Shown in pieces: positions 9,322-19,559 of a DNA stretch of 64,000 bases; position 1 is the first letter of the stretch; each line of letters starts with the position of its first letter. The notes below the pieces were generated by a model, which was not told where the DNA came from, searched no databases, and saw only the letters and a list, made by a program, of their open reading frames with translations. The position numbers were made by a program, and so were the translations under genes. The stretch covers positions 11,501 through 75,500 of the IMG/VR virus record IMGVR_UViG_3300035505_000313. One strand, 5' to 3'. The DNA is from a virus (taxonomy: Duplodnaviria; Caudoviricetes).

Positions 9322-10347
9322 TTACTTAAGTGCATAATCCATAGTTTGCTCTAAAATTTCTTGCTGAAGCTCTTTGTCAATCTCATAGAATGACAACCAA
9401 TCTCTAATGTTTTCAGTTACTAAATTACCATTCCTTTCTAAACTTGCTTTCAAAAATGGTTCAAATAAAATCTTTTCCATACTATTACTTAGACTGTAAG
9501 GGAAAGCAGTTGTAATTAATTTATATAATCTAAAGCTCTCACATCCTAATGGAATATCATAAAATGAAATATCGTAATCTACTAAAGTAGATTCATTTAT
9601 AAAATGATTACATTCTTCTGTATAAAACAAAGCTAGCATAAAGATTCGTCTTAATGAATCTATGGTATGAGCATCAGGTTGACAAGCTGCAACATTATCA
9701 GAATACATTTTGAATAATTGGGTTAAATTCCTCTTGTATTGTAAGACACTACATTGCTTAAGTATATACAAATACTTTTTGAATACATATGTCTTACACC
9801 CTTTCATTTGATTTTGAACTGTAACTTCAAATAATGAATATACATCGTTAAATACAGATACAATACCATTGTAACCAACATCTGTTGACTTATATAAGTT
9901 CTTGATATAGTCATCTATACCTTTAGATTGAATAACATTATAAGCACCAAACATGATTTTGGTCATATCAGACATATACAATGCTCTTTCTATTATGCAA
10001 TAACCCATTTGAGATTGATTGTCTGGTAGTTTGTGCGTATATAAGCTTGACATTAGATTAGCTTGTTGACTAGCAGTATCAAAATCAAAATACTCCGAAT
10101 ATGTTTCTGTAATAGCATCAACAGCTTTCATTGATGAAGTTTCATATTGAAAACCATCTTCATCATTAGTTTTAAAACTTACACCTTCAAAAGTATTCAT
10201 GCTATATAATAAATCCATTAAAACTCTTGATATCTGTTCTAAGAAATCCAAGTTTTTACAATTCCAGATTTTATCATGTAACAGTTGACCAGTCAATCTG
10301 TTAAAATCATCTATCATGTTATAACCTCCTTTAATAATATAATGCAA
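9322..10347 (-). CDS. Hypothetical protein
   Basis: Long ORF; likely start is MIDDF after GGAGG. Confidence 0.7.
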   Translation of the reverse strand: MHYIIKGGYNMIDDFNRLTGQLLHDKIWNCKNLDFLEQISRVLMDLLYSMNTFEGVSFKTNDEDGFQYETSSMKAVDAITETYSEYFDFDTASQQANLMSSLYTHKLPDNQSQMGYCIIERALYMSDMTKIMFGAYNVIQSKGIDDYIKNLYKSTDVGYNGIVSVFNDVYSLFEVTVQNQMKGCKTYVFKKYLYILKQCSVLQYKRNLTQLFKMYSDNVAACQPDAHTIDSLRRIFMLALFYTEECNHFINESTLVDYDISFYDIPLGCESFRLYKLITTAFPYSLSNSMEKILFEPFLKASLERNGNLVTENIRDWLSFYEIDKELQQEILEQTMDYALK

Positions 10348-11125
10348 ATTCTTCTAAAAATCTTCTTTTAACTTCCACCTTAAAATCATGAGGAATCTCA
10401 TATTCCTCTAAGATATCTATGATGTTTTCTTTAACATAAACTACAAAATCCTCTTGATAATCCCAAAATGGATTTGGACCTTCACCATAGAGAAAACCTA
10501 AATCATAGATTAAATCATTATGAAAAGTAGTTCTAAACTTATTCCTACCAAGTCCATCACAAGGTTCTAATTCTCTTATATACATAAATTGAACTTTAGC
10601 AATAAGAATTAATATATTCTTGTAAAATAATAGAATTAGAAACATAAAACCAAAATCTTCTATACTCTTATTAGGTATAGAATTGACAAGTGCATTAAAT
10701 GTGTTATCTATTACATAATCAGAAAAGAACCTATTATTCAATAGAGATGTAATGGATTCTTCTATGTTGGAAGGAACTAGAAAGTAATTAGTTGATAGTG
10801 TAATAACTATATTTTTTCCTTTCATTTCATCTGAAATGTCTAAAAATTTCATAAGCTCAATTAGTAAGTTGTAATCGATTTTACCATCTTTAAAGAACTT
10901 GTAAATCTCGTTTACATACTCATGAGCTATATCCTTCTCCTTAAGCATTTTGAAAGTGTTAAAAAACATTTCTTGTGTTAGTTGAACTGTGTCATAAGGT
11001 TTGATAGTGATAATTAAGTTATCTTTACCTGATTCCACTAATTGTTGTTTGTATAGATTTTGAAGGTCAATTCGTTGTCGAAATTCCTTAAAAAACCCAG
11101 TTATGATAGTCCTATAATCTTCCAT
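10331..11125 (-). CDS. Hypothetical protein
   Basis: 264 aa ORF with RBS and an upstream TATATATTAT motif. Confidence 0.7.
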   Translation of the reverse strand: MEDYRTIITGFFKEFRQRIDLQNLYKQQLVESGKDNLIITIKPYDTVQLTQEMFFNTFKMLKEKDIAHEYVNEIYKFFKDGKIDYNLLIELMKFLDISDEMKGKNIVITLSTNYFLVPSNIEESITSLLNNRFFSDYVIDNTFNALVNSIPNKSIEDFGFMFLILLFYKNILILIAKVQFMYIRELEPCDGLGRNKFRTTFHNDLIYDLGFLYGEGPNPFWDYQEDFVVYVKENIIDILEEYEIPHDFKVEVKRRFLEEFALYY

Positions 11126-11217
11126 TAAAAATTCCCCTTTCTAAAAGTTTTTGTTGAAATCTAGTATAATAATATATATATTAACAATAAATAAAAAAAT
11201 AAAGGAGGAAAAACTAT

Positions 11218-11922
11218 ATGGCTACTAATGCAGGTTCAGGACTTGATAACTTAAACTTTGATGGTTTTAAGGTAGCTCAAGTAATGGAAAATTATGATAA
11301 AGATGGTGAAGGAAAACTACAAGTTTATATTCCTAGCATCCAATATGAAAATAAATATAATGAAACTGTAAATGATTCTAAGACAACTGTTAAGAATAAA
11401 GTTCTTAAGAATAAAAATAAAGACAAGAAGTTTACTGGTGGTAAAGTAGTATCATCAAACTATATTACAGCTAGACCACTAACTCCATTCTTAGACGAGA
11501 GAAGTAATAAGGATAACAAATCTGGTCAGTATAGAATACCTATGAAGAAAAGTACTGTTATAGTAATCTTCTTAGATAGTGACCCACAGAAATGTTATTA
11601 TCTTCCTTGGAATCCTACTTCTGAAGGTGATGTTATGGGAGATAGAAACGTTAACTATCCTAAAGATTGGAATAAGAATAAATACAAAGAAAGAATAAAT
11701 ATTGCAAGTGATATGTTCCCTAATGGAACTAGAATAGATGTAAATTGGAATGATGACCATAGCACATTTACAGTAACAGTACAACCTACTACTGGCAAGA
11801 AAATGATATTCCAATTACATGAGAACGGTTTAGCTACTATTAATGGTAGTGAGATAGTTACTGATGCTAATTTCCTGAAGTATTTAAGAAAGTACCATCC
11901 AGTAGGATGGCGATGTGTATAA
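11218..11922 (+). CDS. Baseplate hub/spike protein (gp5/VgrG-type N-terminal OB fold)
   Basis: AQVMENYDKDGEGKLQVYIPSI...IPMKKSTVIVIFLDSDP matches the gp5-OB pattern. Confidence 0.65.
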   Translation: MATNAGSGLDNLNFDGFKVAQVMENYDKDGEGKLQVYIPSIQYENKYNETVNDSKTTVKNKVLKNKNKDKKFTGGKVVSSNYITARPLTPFLDERSNKDNKSGQYRIPMKKSTVIVIFLDSDPQKCYYLPWNPTSEGDVMGDRNVNYPKDWNKNKYKERINIASDMFPNGTRIDVNWNDDHSTFTVTVQPTTGKKMIFQLHENGLATINGSEIVTDANFLKYLRKYHPVGWRCV

Positions 11923-11938
11923 AGGAGGATGATAGATT

Positions 11939-12457
11939 ATGGCTATTAATCTAAGTACAAGTTTATTCTCTAATCTTAAACCTGTGGATTTAAGTAATTA
12001 TAATAGCTCAAGTGGTTTTGTAACATTAGATGATTCATTAGAAGATGCTGAAGATAATAAACTTAACTTTATGAAGATATCTCATAAAATCAATTATGAA
12101 GATACAATGACAATGTATGATGAGAATATCTTATATAATTATAGAAGTTACTTATATGACTTTAGAATTGGATTAGAGATTACAGAAGATTATTTCTATA
12201 AACCTGAGTTAGTATCTCAAGAATTATATGGAACACCAGATTTATGGTATTTAGTAATGTGGATGAATGAAGAAATAGCTAGTCCATTAGAGTTCAATAA
12301 TAGATATATCTGGGTATTTGACCCTAGTAAAATTAATGTATTGAATAAGTTGATTGAGTGTAATAAAGAAAAGCTTGAAGATAATCATTTAGAGCCAGAT
12401 TATGTTGAAGACTTGACTATAAAACCAGTAGTATTGAGTTCTTCTAGGTTCTTATAA
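11939..12457 (+). CDS. Baseplate wedge protein, T4 gp53/LysM-like
   Basis: YKPELVSQELYGTPDLWYLVMWMN motif; adjacent to the hub gene. Confidence 0.7.
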   Translation: MAINLSTSLFSNLKPVDLSNYNSSSGFVTLDDSLEDAEDNKLNFMKISHKINYEDTMTMYDENILYNYRSYLYDFRIGLEITEDYFYKPELVSQELYGTPDLWYLVMWMNEEIASPLEFNNRYIWVFDPSKINVLNKLIECNKEKLEDNHLEPDYVEDLTIKPVVLSSSRFL

Positions 12458-12515
12458 AAAAAAAAGAAACCTTGTTATTAGGTACAGAAAAACTAATGTT
12501 TATTCTGTTTGTGTA
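12457..12515 (-). repeat. Cassette downstream repeat, copy 1 (hairpins plus U-tract terminator)
   Basis: 59 nt identical to 61391-61449. Confidence 0.9.
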
Positions 12516-12525
12516 TATTAGAGGA

Positions 12526-12846
12526 TTATGCTCTTACTAAATCCTCTAATACACTAAAAGTTTCACTCTGAAGTTCCTTCAGAGTCTTCCAAGTTCTTGG
12601 AAGAACCTCCTTAGCTTCGAAGAACTCAACTGTTGACTCATTGAGTTCTCCGAAAAGTTCATGACCTAAACTAAAGTCATGTTCAGAGACTACTTTCATT
12701 AACACACAAGCAACCTCTGAATGTAATGTAGCTGATAACATAATATCAACTTCCTTAGTTGTTGACAGACCTGATTGCATCATATTAACTGCTTTCACGT
12801 CTGCTCCTTCAATAGCTACTTTCATCATTTCGATTGTCTTATTCAT
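12526..12846 (-). CDS. Cassette-borne hypothetical protein (distant paralog of 61452-61808)
   Basis: Shares LS..(L/V)H..V....M.....H, EL..S.V and VLP.T...LK with the second cassette ORF. Confidence 0.7.
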   Translation of the reverse strand: MNKTIEMMKVAIEGADVKAVNMMQSGLSTTKEVDIMLSATLHSEVACVLMKVVSEHDFSLGHELFGELNESTVEFFEAKEVLPRTWKTLKELQSETFSVLEDLVRA

Positions 12847-12977
12847 AATACTACCTTTTACATGAGCTGGACTTGCTCATGTCCTTTCCGCTTTCGCTTT
12901 GATTTGTTTACATGATATTATACTATGTATAATTCAAAGCGATAATATATAAAAAAAAAAGGTAATTTTACGATTTT
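12841..12977 (-). repeat. Cassette upstream repeat, copy 1 (putative early promoter plus structured 5' UTR)
   Basis: Blocks 12841-12862, 12880-12900 and 12920-12977 are identical to 61803-61824, 61840-61860 and 61887-61944. Confidence 0.9.
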
Positions 12978-12982
12978 AATAT

Positions 12983-13018
12983 AAGAGAGAAATCCTAATA
13001 ATATAGGATTTCTCTCTT
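12983..13018. terminator. Intrinsic terminator hairpin
   Basis: 15 bp inverted repeat AAGAGAGAAATCCTA/TAGGATTTCTCTCTT after ORF 13027. Confidence 0.7.
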
Positions 13019-13026
13019 TATAACCT

Positions 13027-14073
13027 CTAAATTAATTGGTTATTGGTTTCATCATAGCATATTAATCCAGCTTCAACCAAAGCATCAACAAGATAGAAAG
13101 GTGCATACTTCAGCTCTTTAAAATCTGATAATCCTTTTACATACTCTCGTTTTTCATAGACTTCAAATATATCACCTATAGTTTTCTTACCTGCTTTTGT
13201 ATAAGCATTGTAGTACCTGTATTGATTGAGAGAACCTTCAGATATAGGCATATTCATTAGGTAATCCCTCTCATGCAAGTATAATAGATACAAGTATTTC
13301 TCTCTGCATCCATTAAAGAACTTTTGTCGTATATCTTGTATAAGCGATATTCTAGAGTGACTTAAAGCTCCAAATGTAAATCTAACGAATTTATCACCTA
13401 AATAATCTTTAGGATATTCTCCATTGTTATAATAATACTGAAACTCTTTCAGATTTACTCCTCTCATTCTTCCCATACGATTTCTATAACATACCTTGTC
13501 AAAGACATTTGAATAATAAAATGTACGAGGAAATTCAGCTTTCAATTCTTCATCTTCTATATAGTAATCACAAATCTCATGTAGTACATCACTGATTTCT
13601 TTAGTGGTTATCTGATTGCCAAACTGATAGAATATAATGAAGCAAAACACTATTCTGAAGTCTTTTATATACTGGGCACTACATACATTATCTCTTACTT
13701 CCAAGGTAGCCTTTTTGAATTCTTCATCACTATGCCACCAATGCAGATTACTGTCTGCTATTTCATAGGTTTCATCAAGAATAGATTGACATAATTCTGC
13801 ATACTTTCTATAACTTTCTCCTCCAATAATATTCTTAAAGTAGTCCGTTAGAACTTTACTAAGATAATTAAACTCCCATTCACTAGGTAATAATTGGCTT
13901 AGAGTTACATCAAAGTAATGCAATTTAGCATCCCAAGATGGTCCTTTATTGGTTGCCATCAAATTCTTGAATTTACCAAAGTTATACAAATCCAATATGA
14001 ATTTGCTTAATGGTGTAGTAAAATCAAGATGTGGAGTTGTCAATTCATTTTTAATTGATACTTCGTCTGTCAT
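13027..14073 (-). CDS. Hypothetical protein
   Basis: 348 aa with an AGGAGG RBS. Confidence 0.75.
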   Translation of the reverse strand: MTDEVSIKNELTTPHLDFTTPLSKFILDLYNFGKFKNLMATNKGPSWDAKLHYFDVTLSQLLPSEWEFNYLSKVLTDYFKNIIGGESYRKYAELCQSILDETYEIADSNLHWWHSDEEFKKATLEVRDNVCSAQYIKDFRIVFCFIIFYQFGNQITTKEISDVLHEICDYYIEDEELKAEFPRTFYYSNVFDKVCYRNRMGRMRGVNLKEFQYYYNNGEYPKDYLGDKFVRFTFGALSHSRISLIQDIRQKFFNGCREKYLYLLYLHERDYLMNMPISEGSLNQYRYYNAYTKAGKKTIGDIFEVYEKREYVKGLSDFKELKYAPFYLVDALVEAGLICYDETNNQLI

Positions 14074-14142
14074 AAGTTACCTCCTAATAATAAAATTGGA
14101 TGAATAGTCATTATAACTATTCATCCAACCAATTATATATGC

Positions 14143-14451
14143 TTATTTAATGCACTTGTTTTCCCATTTCTTGTATGCATCAAAATAAAGTTCTTCTTCT
14201 TCTCCGTTGTATGTTAATTCATAATACATACCATCTGGTAACGGAGTTGATAACAAAGCCTTGTGATTCTTGAGTGACTTTGAATACCATACCACATACA
14301 CATTGTCTGCAGTGATATTAATAGGGTCACCTGATTTGTCATGCTTCTCGTTACAATACTTTGCTACTTCTTCCTTGCACCGACTAATAAAGTCTACTGA
14401 ACCTGCAATTATCATTTTAACTAGCCTCACTTTCTTCTTCGTCAATATCAA
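14143..14451 (-). CDS. Conserved phage protein (DUF6275-like)
   Basis: VYVVWYSKSLKNHKALLST...DGMYYELTYNG...LYFDAYKKWEN, recognised from memory of the family. Confidence 0.6.
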   Translation of the reverse strand: MILTKKKVRLVKMIIAGSVDFISRCKEEVAKYCNEKHDKSGDPINITADNVYVVWYSKSLKNHKALLSTPLPDGMYYELTYNGEEEELYFDAYKKWENKCIK

Positions 14452-16105
14452 TCATTGACTTCTTCTTTGTAGTTGTCTTATTTATTCTTCCACCCTTAAC
14501 TGTGTCACGCTTCTTAGCAGCTTTCTTCTTCCTATGTTCTGCTGGATTAAACTTCTCTAATCCATCACCCTCACTAAGTATAGATAATGAGTTAACCAAA
14601 CCTATATCTGATTTCAATCTCATAGTATTTCCGTCCTCGAATGGATGAGAGAAATACCTGACATCATCTGCAGGTGGCTTACCCCTCTGCTTAAGCTTAT
14701 TGTAAGATAACATCATGTTTCCTGTAACTGAATCTGGTTTCTGTAAAATTGAAATGATGTAATCTGCATTATCCACAAGCTTAACAGATTCACTAATCTC
14801 AGATGTACCAATCTGTTTCAAAGCATCATTCTTATTACTTCTAAATGCTTCAGTGATAATCTTCATAGCACCTCTGTTAAACTGTGTTGCAGTAATGATT
14901 GGAATATCCCATTTCTTTGCAATGTTACATAACTCATCCTCGATTTCACCTTGTTCCTCATACGAATTGTCAATCCTCCTTGAACTTCTAAGTCGTTTCA
15001 AGTAGTCTTGAACTACCATGATTATTCGTTTACCTTTCTTTTCTTCCTCTACAATCATGGCATCAATATCAGTCGGTGTTATACTACCAGATGGTCTATA
15101 TTTGATTGCAATATTAATTCCCTCACAGAATCCATTTTCATTCAAAATCTGTAATACTTCATCCACTGTATGTTTAGCGAAATTGTCATCGTTACCCATA
15201 TAGTGTGACCAAATACGTTCCAAAGTTTCTCTGATTGAATTCTCTTGTGTAAGATACAATACAGTAGGAATTCTTCCGTCATCGAATTCGATATTATTAT
15301 AATCTTTGGCATCAAGACAAATGTTCAGTAACTCACCAGACTTCCATCCACCTTGTAATCCTAAATACAGATATACTCTTGATGCTTCATAACCACCATT
15401 GAGCATTTTATTCTTCATTTTGATACCTGTCTTAATCTTATGTGATGAATGGTTTACATCTTTATGAGATTTCTCAACACATCTTGTCAATGAATAATTG
15501 TCATTGGAATCAAAATCATAATACTTATCACTAGTGATTTCTTCGACTTCATTGAACTTCTCGTGCATACCATTGACTACAACCTTAAACTCATCTGCAA
15601 TTTCTTCAAGTGAGTTATAATCATCCTGTTCAAACTTAGATATAACTGAAGACATTCTGTCCTTATATTTGAACACGAATGAGTAATTCAGGAAATGTGC
15701 TACCATGTTACTAACATACTCGATATCGTCTTCGTCATACAACATATAGTCGTATTCTTCGTCTAACTCAAACTCCTCTGCAATTCCCTCAAATATATTC
15801 TCTACTACTTCTGAGTTTGCTCCCTCACCAGTTAAATGGATTTGTAAAGCACTGTAGTTCGAAATGTTCTTATTACATCGTCCGTCAATAATTCTTCCAA
15901 GAAGTTTATAACGTTCAATCATTTCTTCATCTTCTTCATAATTACGTTCATCAATAGTTTGATAGAACTCATTTAACATATTTAGCTTTCTTGGTGATAT
16001 AAAATCGCTGTATGTTATTCCAAAAAGAATCAGATAGTCCATGTGTAATAAGCTGAGGTTGTAATTGATTTTCTCAATTTTATTCCTGTTCTTCTTCTTC
16101 GCCAA
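14417..16105 (-). CDS. DnaB-like replicative helicase (jumbo-phage type)
   Basis: Variant Walker A GLQGGWKS, LYLTQEN, VVQDYL, PIITATQFNR, SESVKLVDNAD. Confidence 0.82.
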   Translation of the reverse strand: MAKKKNRNKIEKINYNLSLLHMDYLILFGITYSDFISPRKLNMLNEFYQTIDERNYEEDEEMIERYKLLGRIIDGRCNKNISNYSALQIHLTGEGANSEVVENIFEGIAEEFELDEEYDYMLYDEDDIEYVSNMVAHFLNYSFVFKYKDRMSSVISKFEQDDYNSLEEIADEFKVVVNGMHEKFNEVEEITSDKYYDFDSNDNYSLTRCVEKSHKDVNHSSHKIKTGIKMKNKMLNGGYEASRVYLYLGLQGGWKSGELLNICLDAKDYNNIEFDDGRIPTVLYLTQENSIRETLERIWSHYMGNDDNFAKHTVDEVLQILNENGFCEGINIAIKYRPSGSITPTDIDAMIVEEEKKGKRIIMVVQDYLKRLRSSRRIDNSYEEQGEIEDELCNIAKKWDIPIITATQFNRGAMKIITEAFRSNKNDALKQIGTSEISESVKLVDNADYIISILQKPDSVTGNMMLSYNKLKQRGKPPADDVRYFSHPFEDGNTMRLKSDIGLVNSLSILSEGDGLEKFNPAEHRKKKAAKKRDTVKGGRINKTTTKKKSMIDIDEEESEAS

Positions 16106-16706
16106 TGTAACTATCCCCCTTAATAAATTCTAGCTCTCCATCTTCATTGAATAAGAAGTCGCCGTCTTCACCTAGTAAATAGTTGTAATATCTTTTAAAC
16201 TCTAATTCTCCATTTTTATTTGGAAGAGCATAATAGACATTCAATGTCCTAAAATCAACTCTGAAAGCGACCTCATCTAATGTTATCTCAAGCATATTAA
16301 GGTCATCATCTAACCAATGCACTTTATCTTCTCGTACTATCGTATCCCACTCACATTCATCTGGTTTAAATATCTCAATATCTACCTCAAAGGTTAAATC
16401 AATGAGGACTTTGATTTCATTATATGCAATACCCATCCAACAATACTCCTTTGGAGATAAAGCTTTAATGGATAATACATGTGAGATATTATCAACCTTG
16501 TAAATAATGCTGTTAAAGCACTCGTTAAATTTAGATAATGCTTCAACTTTATTGATGTCCAAATTAAAACACACAATGAACGGATAGTTTACCTCTAGTA
16601 TTATATAACGATACTTAGGTATATTTGTATCTTTGTTAAAGTCCATTAGGATGATATCACCAACTGATAGTTCATCTACTCCAATAGATTGGTAACAAAT
16701 ATTCAT
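16080..16706 (-). CDS. Hypothetical protein
   Basis: 208 aa with an AGGAG RBS. Confidence 0.65.
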   Translation of the reverse strand: MNICYQSIGVDELSVGDIILMDFNKDTNIPKYRYIILEVNYPFIVCFNLDINKVEALSKFNECFNSIIYKVDNISHVLSIKALSPKEYCWMGIAYNEIKVLIDLTFEVDIEIFKPDECEWDTIVREDKVHWLDDDLNMLEITLDEVAFRVDFRTLNVYYALPNKNGELEFKRYYNYLLGEDGDFLFNEDGELEFIKGDSYIGEEEEQE

Positions 16707-16871
16707 TGTTTTCTCCTTTCACTTAAACAAATTATTGTAATAAGGAAATATCCTCCTGTTACGAATTATTTTTCTTTTTCTACTTTTTTACTTTTTGGTA
16801 AAGAGATTATGCTTTATTTTTCTTCAAACAGATATCCGATAACACCACCAAGTGTTATCGGATAATTTTTG

Positions 16872-17990
16872 TCAATCAGCATCAGGTGTCACAATCTCGA
16901 CTATTTCTTCTTTGCTAATTTCAAAATTGTGTTTCTGTTTGATGAATTCCTCAATGTTCTCAACTGGTTCACCTTTCAAGAAGTCAGTCTCTTTCTCATC
17001 TTTATCCTCTAACAACTTATCTTTAACTGAACTAAGTTCAATCTTGATAGTATCTGTTTCTGAGAAGACTTCTCTAAGGATTTTCAAGTCAGCTACAGAA
17101 ACATCATCTTTACCGACTTTAATCCTGAAATGTGAGTTGTCATTCTCAGTTAATAAGGATTGAAGATTGTCAACAGTTTCCTCTATTGATTCATCATCTG
17201 CTTTATCCAATGTAACAGTCTCATACTGTTCAGCTTCAGTGTTCTCAATAAATTTTACTTTCTGACTTTTGTCTTCTAAATTAGTAAGAGAGACTAAGAA
17301 TCCTTTTGGCTTCTCCTCACCAAAACACCAACGTGAATAAGAACCTATATAATACAGCTTCTTATGTTTATTCCTTGTGTGAATGTGACCAAAGATGATT
17401 AAACCATCTTTTACTGCATTTTCCCATTCATTGTACTTAAATACAGGAGAACCATGAATCAAACGTTCTGATTCTTGAATTTGGTTCTGGAAAGCAAACA
17501 CATCCCAAGTTCCATGACCTATGATGTAATTGTATTCCCTTTCCTTATACTCTGCATAGAAAGCATTTTGGTCATTCATATATTCTTCAGGAACATACAA
17601 AATTTTGACACCACAATATTCTTCTTCAGAAATCGTGTTAATAATCTTCAAGTTCTTAAAAGTTTTCTCATAAGTCTTGAAGTTGTCTAACTGATTAAAA
17701 TCATGTGTCTTAGTACCCTTAATTATACGCACTTCAATGTCCTTTTGTTTGCAAAGTCTTAGCAAACCATGAAAAAATTTGTTTGCATATATGGATGCAG
17801 GTTCAGTTAGCGATATCTTAGTATCGAACATGTCTCCATGAATAAAGATAAAATCAATAGAACTTCCATGTTTCTTGACATAATCAATAAAGATATCAAC
17901 TAACTCCTTATACATCTTTTTAGGGGATATAGCACCCCAGTGTATATCCCCAATATGCAATGCCTTGAATTGTCCTTCATTCTTAAGCAA
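16872..17990 (-). CDS. SbcD/Mre11-like metallophosphoesterase nuclease
   Basis: DIH, GDMFD, GTKTHD and GHIH motifs. Confidence 0.85.
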   Translation of the reverse strand: MLKNEGQFKALHIGDIHWGAISPKKMYKELVDIFIDYVKKHGSSIDFIFIHGDMFDTKISLTEPASIYANKFFHGLLRLCKQKDIEVRIIKGTKTHDFNQLDNFKTYEKTFKNLKIINTISEEEYCGVKILYVPEEYMNDQNAFYAEYKEREYNYIIGHGTWDVFAFQNQIQESERLIHGSPVFKYNEWENAVKDGLIIFGHIHTRNKHKKLYYIGSYSRWCFGEEKPKGFLVSLTNLEDKSQKVKFIENTEAEQYETVTLDKADDESIEETVDNLQSLLTENDNSHFRIKVGKDDVSVADLKILREVFSETDTIKIELSSVKDKLLEDKDEKETDFLKGEPVENIEEFIKQKHNFEISKEEIVEIVTPDAD

Positions 17991-18981
17991 TGCTTTTTTC
18001 CTCCTTGTCTTTTAATACCAATGATGTATGAACTGCCCATGTAGCAGTTTCAGGAATTACTACAACAAGACCAAGATTGTCAAAGTGAATTCTGTTTCCC
18101 ATAAACTGCATACCATTTTGTTTTCCATTGAATGTTGTACTAGTTACATACATAAAATCCAATGAACCATCACCATTGTCATGTGCTATAATAGTATGGT
18201 TATATGTTTCTTTTGCCCTTAAATAGTAATTAAACCTACCCCTAGAATACAGTAAGATAGAGTTGTCTGGAATTTTCTCGTTTTTAACTTTCTTACATAA
18301 ATCCAGACCAAGAAGCTTATCATTAAGCTGAACCACTTCTACTTTCTTACCATTTAGTAGTGTACCCTCATCAGATTCACTTACAAAGATATCCATAATA
18401 ACACGTACTTCATCATCTATGCTATTAAGATAATTTTCAAGGTTCTCAACTTTTCTTCCTTTTCTTGGTCTAGGCTTTGGTCCAGATAACTTCTTCAAGC
18501 TTTCTTTAGGTTGAATTACCTCCTTTGGTTTATTGTCTTCTTCTTCATACTCGTCATCAAATAATTCATCTGCGTCTAAACTGAAGAACTTATTTAGTAA
18601 CATTAAGCAAGCATGGATAAGACCATAAGCAAATCTTGTACATATTTTTCCTCCTTGTTTAACTTCTTCTTCAAGGTGGCTTACATCTACTCTTTCATAG
18701 CTTTTGGTCTTTTCATTATAATAACCAATCCATTCAATACACTTAGTTAATCCACTAAAAATACATTTTTCAATAATGTCTAACTGTGTACCATCACAAA
18801 AGTTGTCTAATCGACCTTGTTTTCCATTATAAATCTCTCCTTCCAAAGATGATGGAATAAGAAAACATTCGTCAACTATCCATCCAGTGGGAACTCCTGA
18901 GAAAGTAAATTTTCTCGTAACATATAGAGATTTAATATTCTCTTTGTCTGATTGAAATTCATAAAGTTTTTGTGTGTTCAT
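17983..18981 (-). CDS. Hypothetical protein
   Basis: 332 aa ORF in an operon with the nuclease. Confidence 0.7.
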   Translation of the reverse strand: MNTQKLYEFQSDKENIKSLYVTRKFTFSGVPTGWIVDECFLIPSSLEGEIYNGKQGRLDNFCDGTQLDIIEKCIFSGLTKCIEWIGYYNEKTKSYERVDVSHLEEEVKQGGKICTRFAYGLIHACLMLLNKFFSLDADELFDDEYEEEDNKPKEVIQPKESLKKLSGPKPRPRKGRKVENLENYLNSIDDEVRVIMDIFVSESDEGTLLNGKKVEVVQLNDKLLGLDLCKKVKNEKIPDNSILLYSRGRFNYYLRAKETYNHTIIAHDNGDGSLDFMYVTSTTFNGKQNGMQFMGNRIHFDNLGLVVVIPETATWAVHTSLVLKDKEEKSIA

Positions 18982-18983
18982 AT

Positions 18984-19559
18984 TTACAATACCCCTTTCG
19001 TTCTTCTGATTCTTGAATTCCTAATAGGATATTCAAACATTGCTAAATGTTCTGTGTGTTCAACAACTGTAAAATCACCAGTATCTTTAGCAGCTAGTCT
19101 ATGAAACTCTGCATAAGCTTGATGTTTTATTTTCTGATAATTTTCTTTATAATACTTTACAGCAGTATCTCCTACCTCAATTTTCTCCTCAAGTTCTTCT
19201 GGTACTTTTACTTGTACATTTATATAAGCCAACTTTGTATAATATCTCAAGTATAACTTATATTTGTATGAATAAGCATCAGTCTCAAGTCTTTCACATT
19301 CTCCCAAGTAAATAAGACCTTTCTTAATGTCTTCATCGAATTTGAAATTGTTTTCATAGAAATATTTCATATCAATAAACTTGAGATAACCAGTTTTGTA
19401 ATCCTTAAGCACAGATTTAATACCGAGATAATTTTCACCTAATCCATAGGATTTAAACATTTCTATTGCTTCATCCAGTGAAGTAACTTTATTATTAACA
19501 AGTTCCCAATCAAAATCTGCATATACTTCACATAAAACTGGTATGGTTAAAAATTTCAT
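18984..19559 (-). CDS. Hypothetical protein
   Basis: 191 aa with an AGGAGG RBS. Confidence 0.7.
   Translation of the reverse strand: MKFLTIPVLCEVYADFDWELVNNKVTSLDEAIEMFKSYGLGENYLGIKSVLKDYKTGYLKFIDMKYFYENNFKFDEDIKKGLIYLGECERLETDAYSYKYKLYLRYYTKLAYINVQVKVPEELEEKIEVGDTAVKYYKENYQKIKHQAYAEFHRLAAKDTGDFTVVEHTEHLAMFEYPIRNSRIRRTKGVL

Noticed and set aside
11183-11194. AACA-N6-TA promoter upstream of the baseplate genes
   Set aside because: The sequence reads AACA-ATAAAT-AA, a mismatch at the conserved T, so it was not counted.
12847-12945. Hammerhead ribozyme or known riboswitch in the cassette leader
   Set aside because: No CUGANGA core or other aptamer consensus that I recognise. It is kept only as an unknown structured leader.
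14417-16105. Inteins in the helicase, NrdD or RNAP subunit
   Set aside because: No C/S...HN-C/S/T insertion, and no unexplained length between conserved motifs.
16852-17163. Plus-strand ORFs opposite core genes (785, 1994, 16852, 23344, 52670, 57142, 62237 and similar)
   Set aside because: They fully overlap well-supported genes and have no RBS or recognisable motifs.
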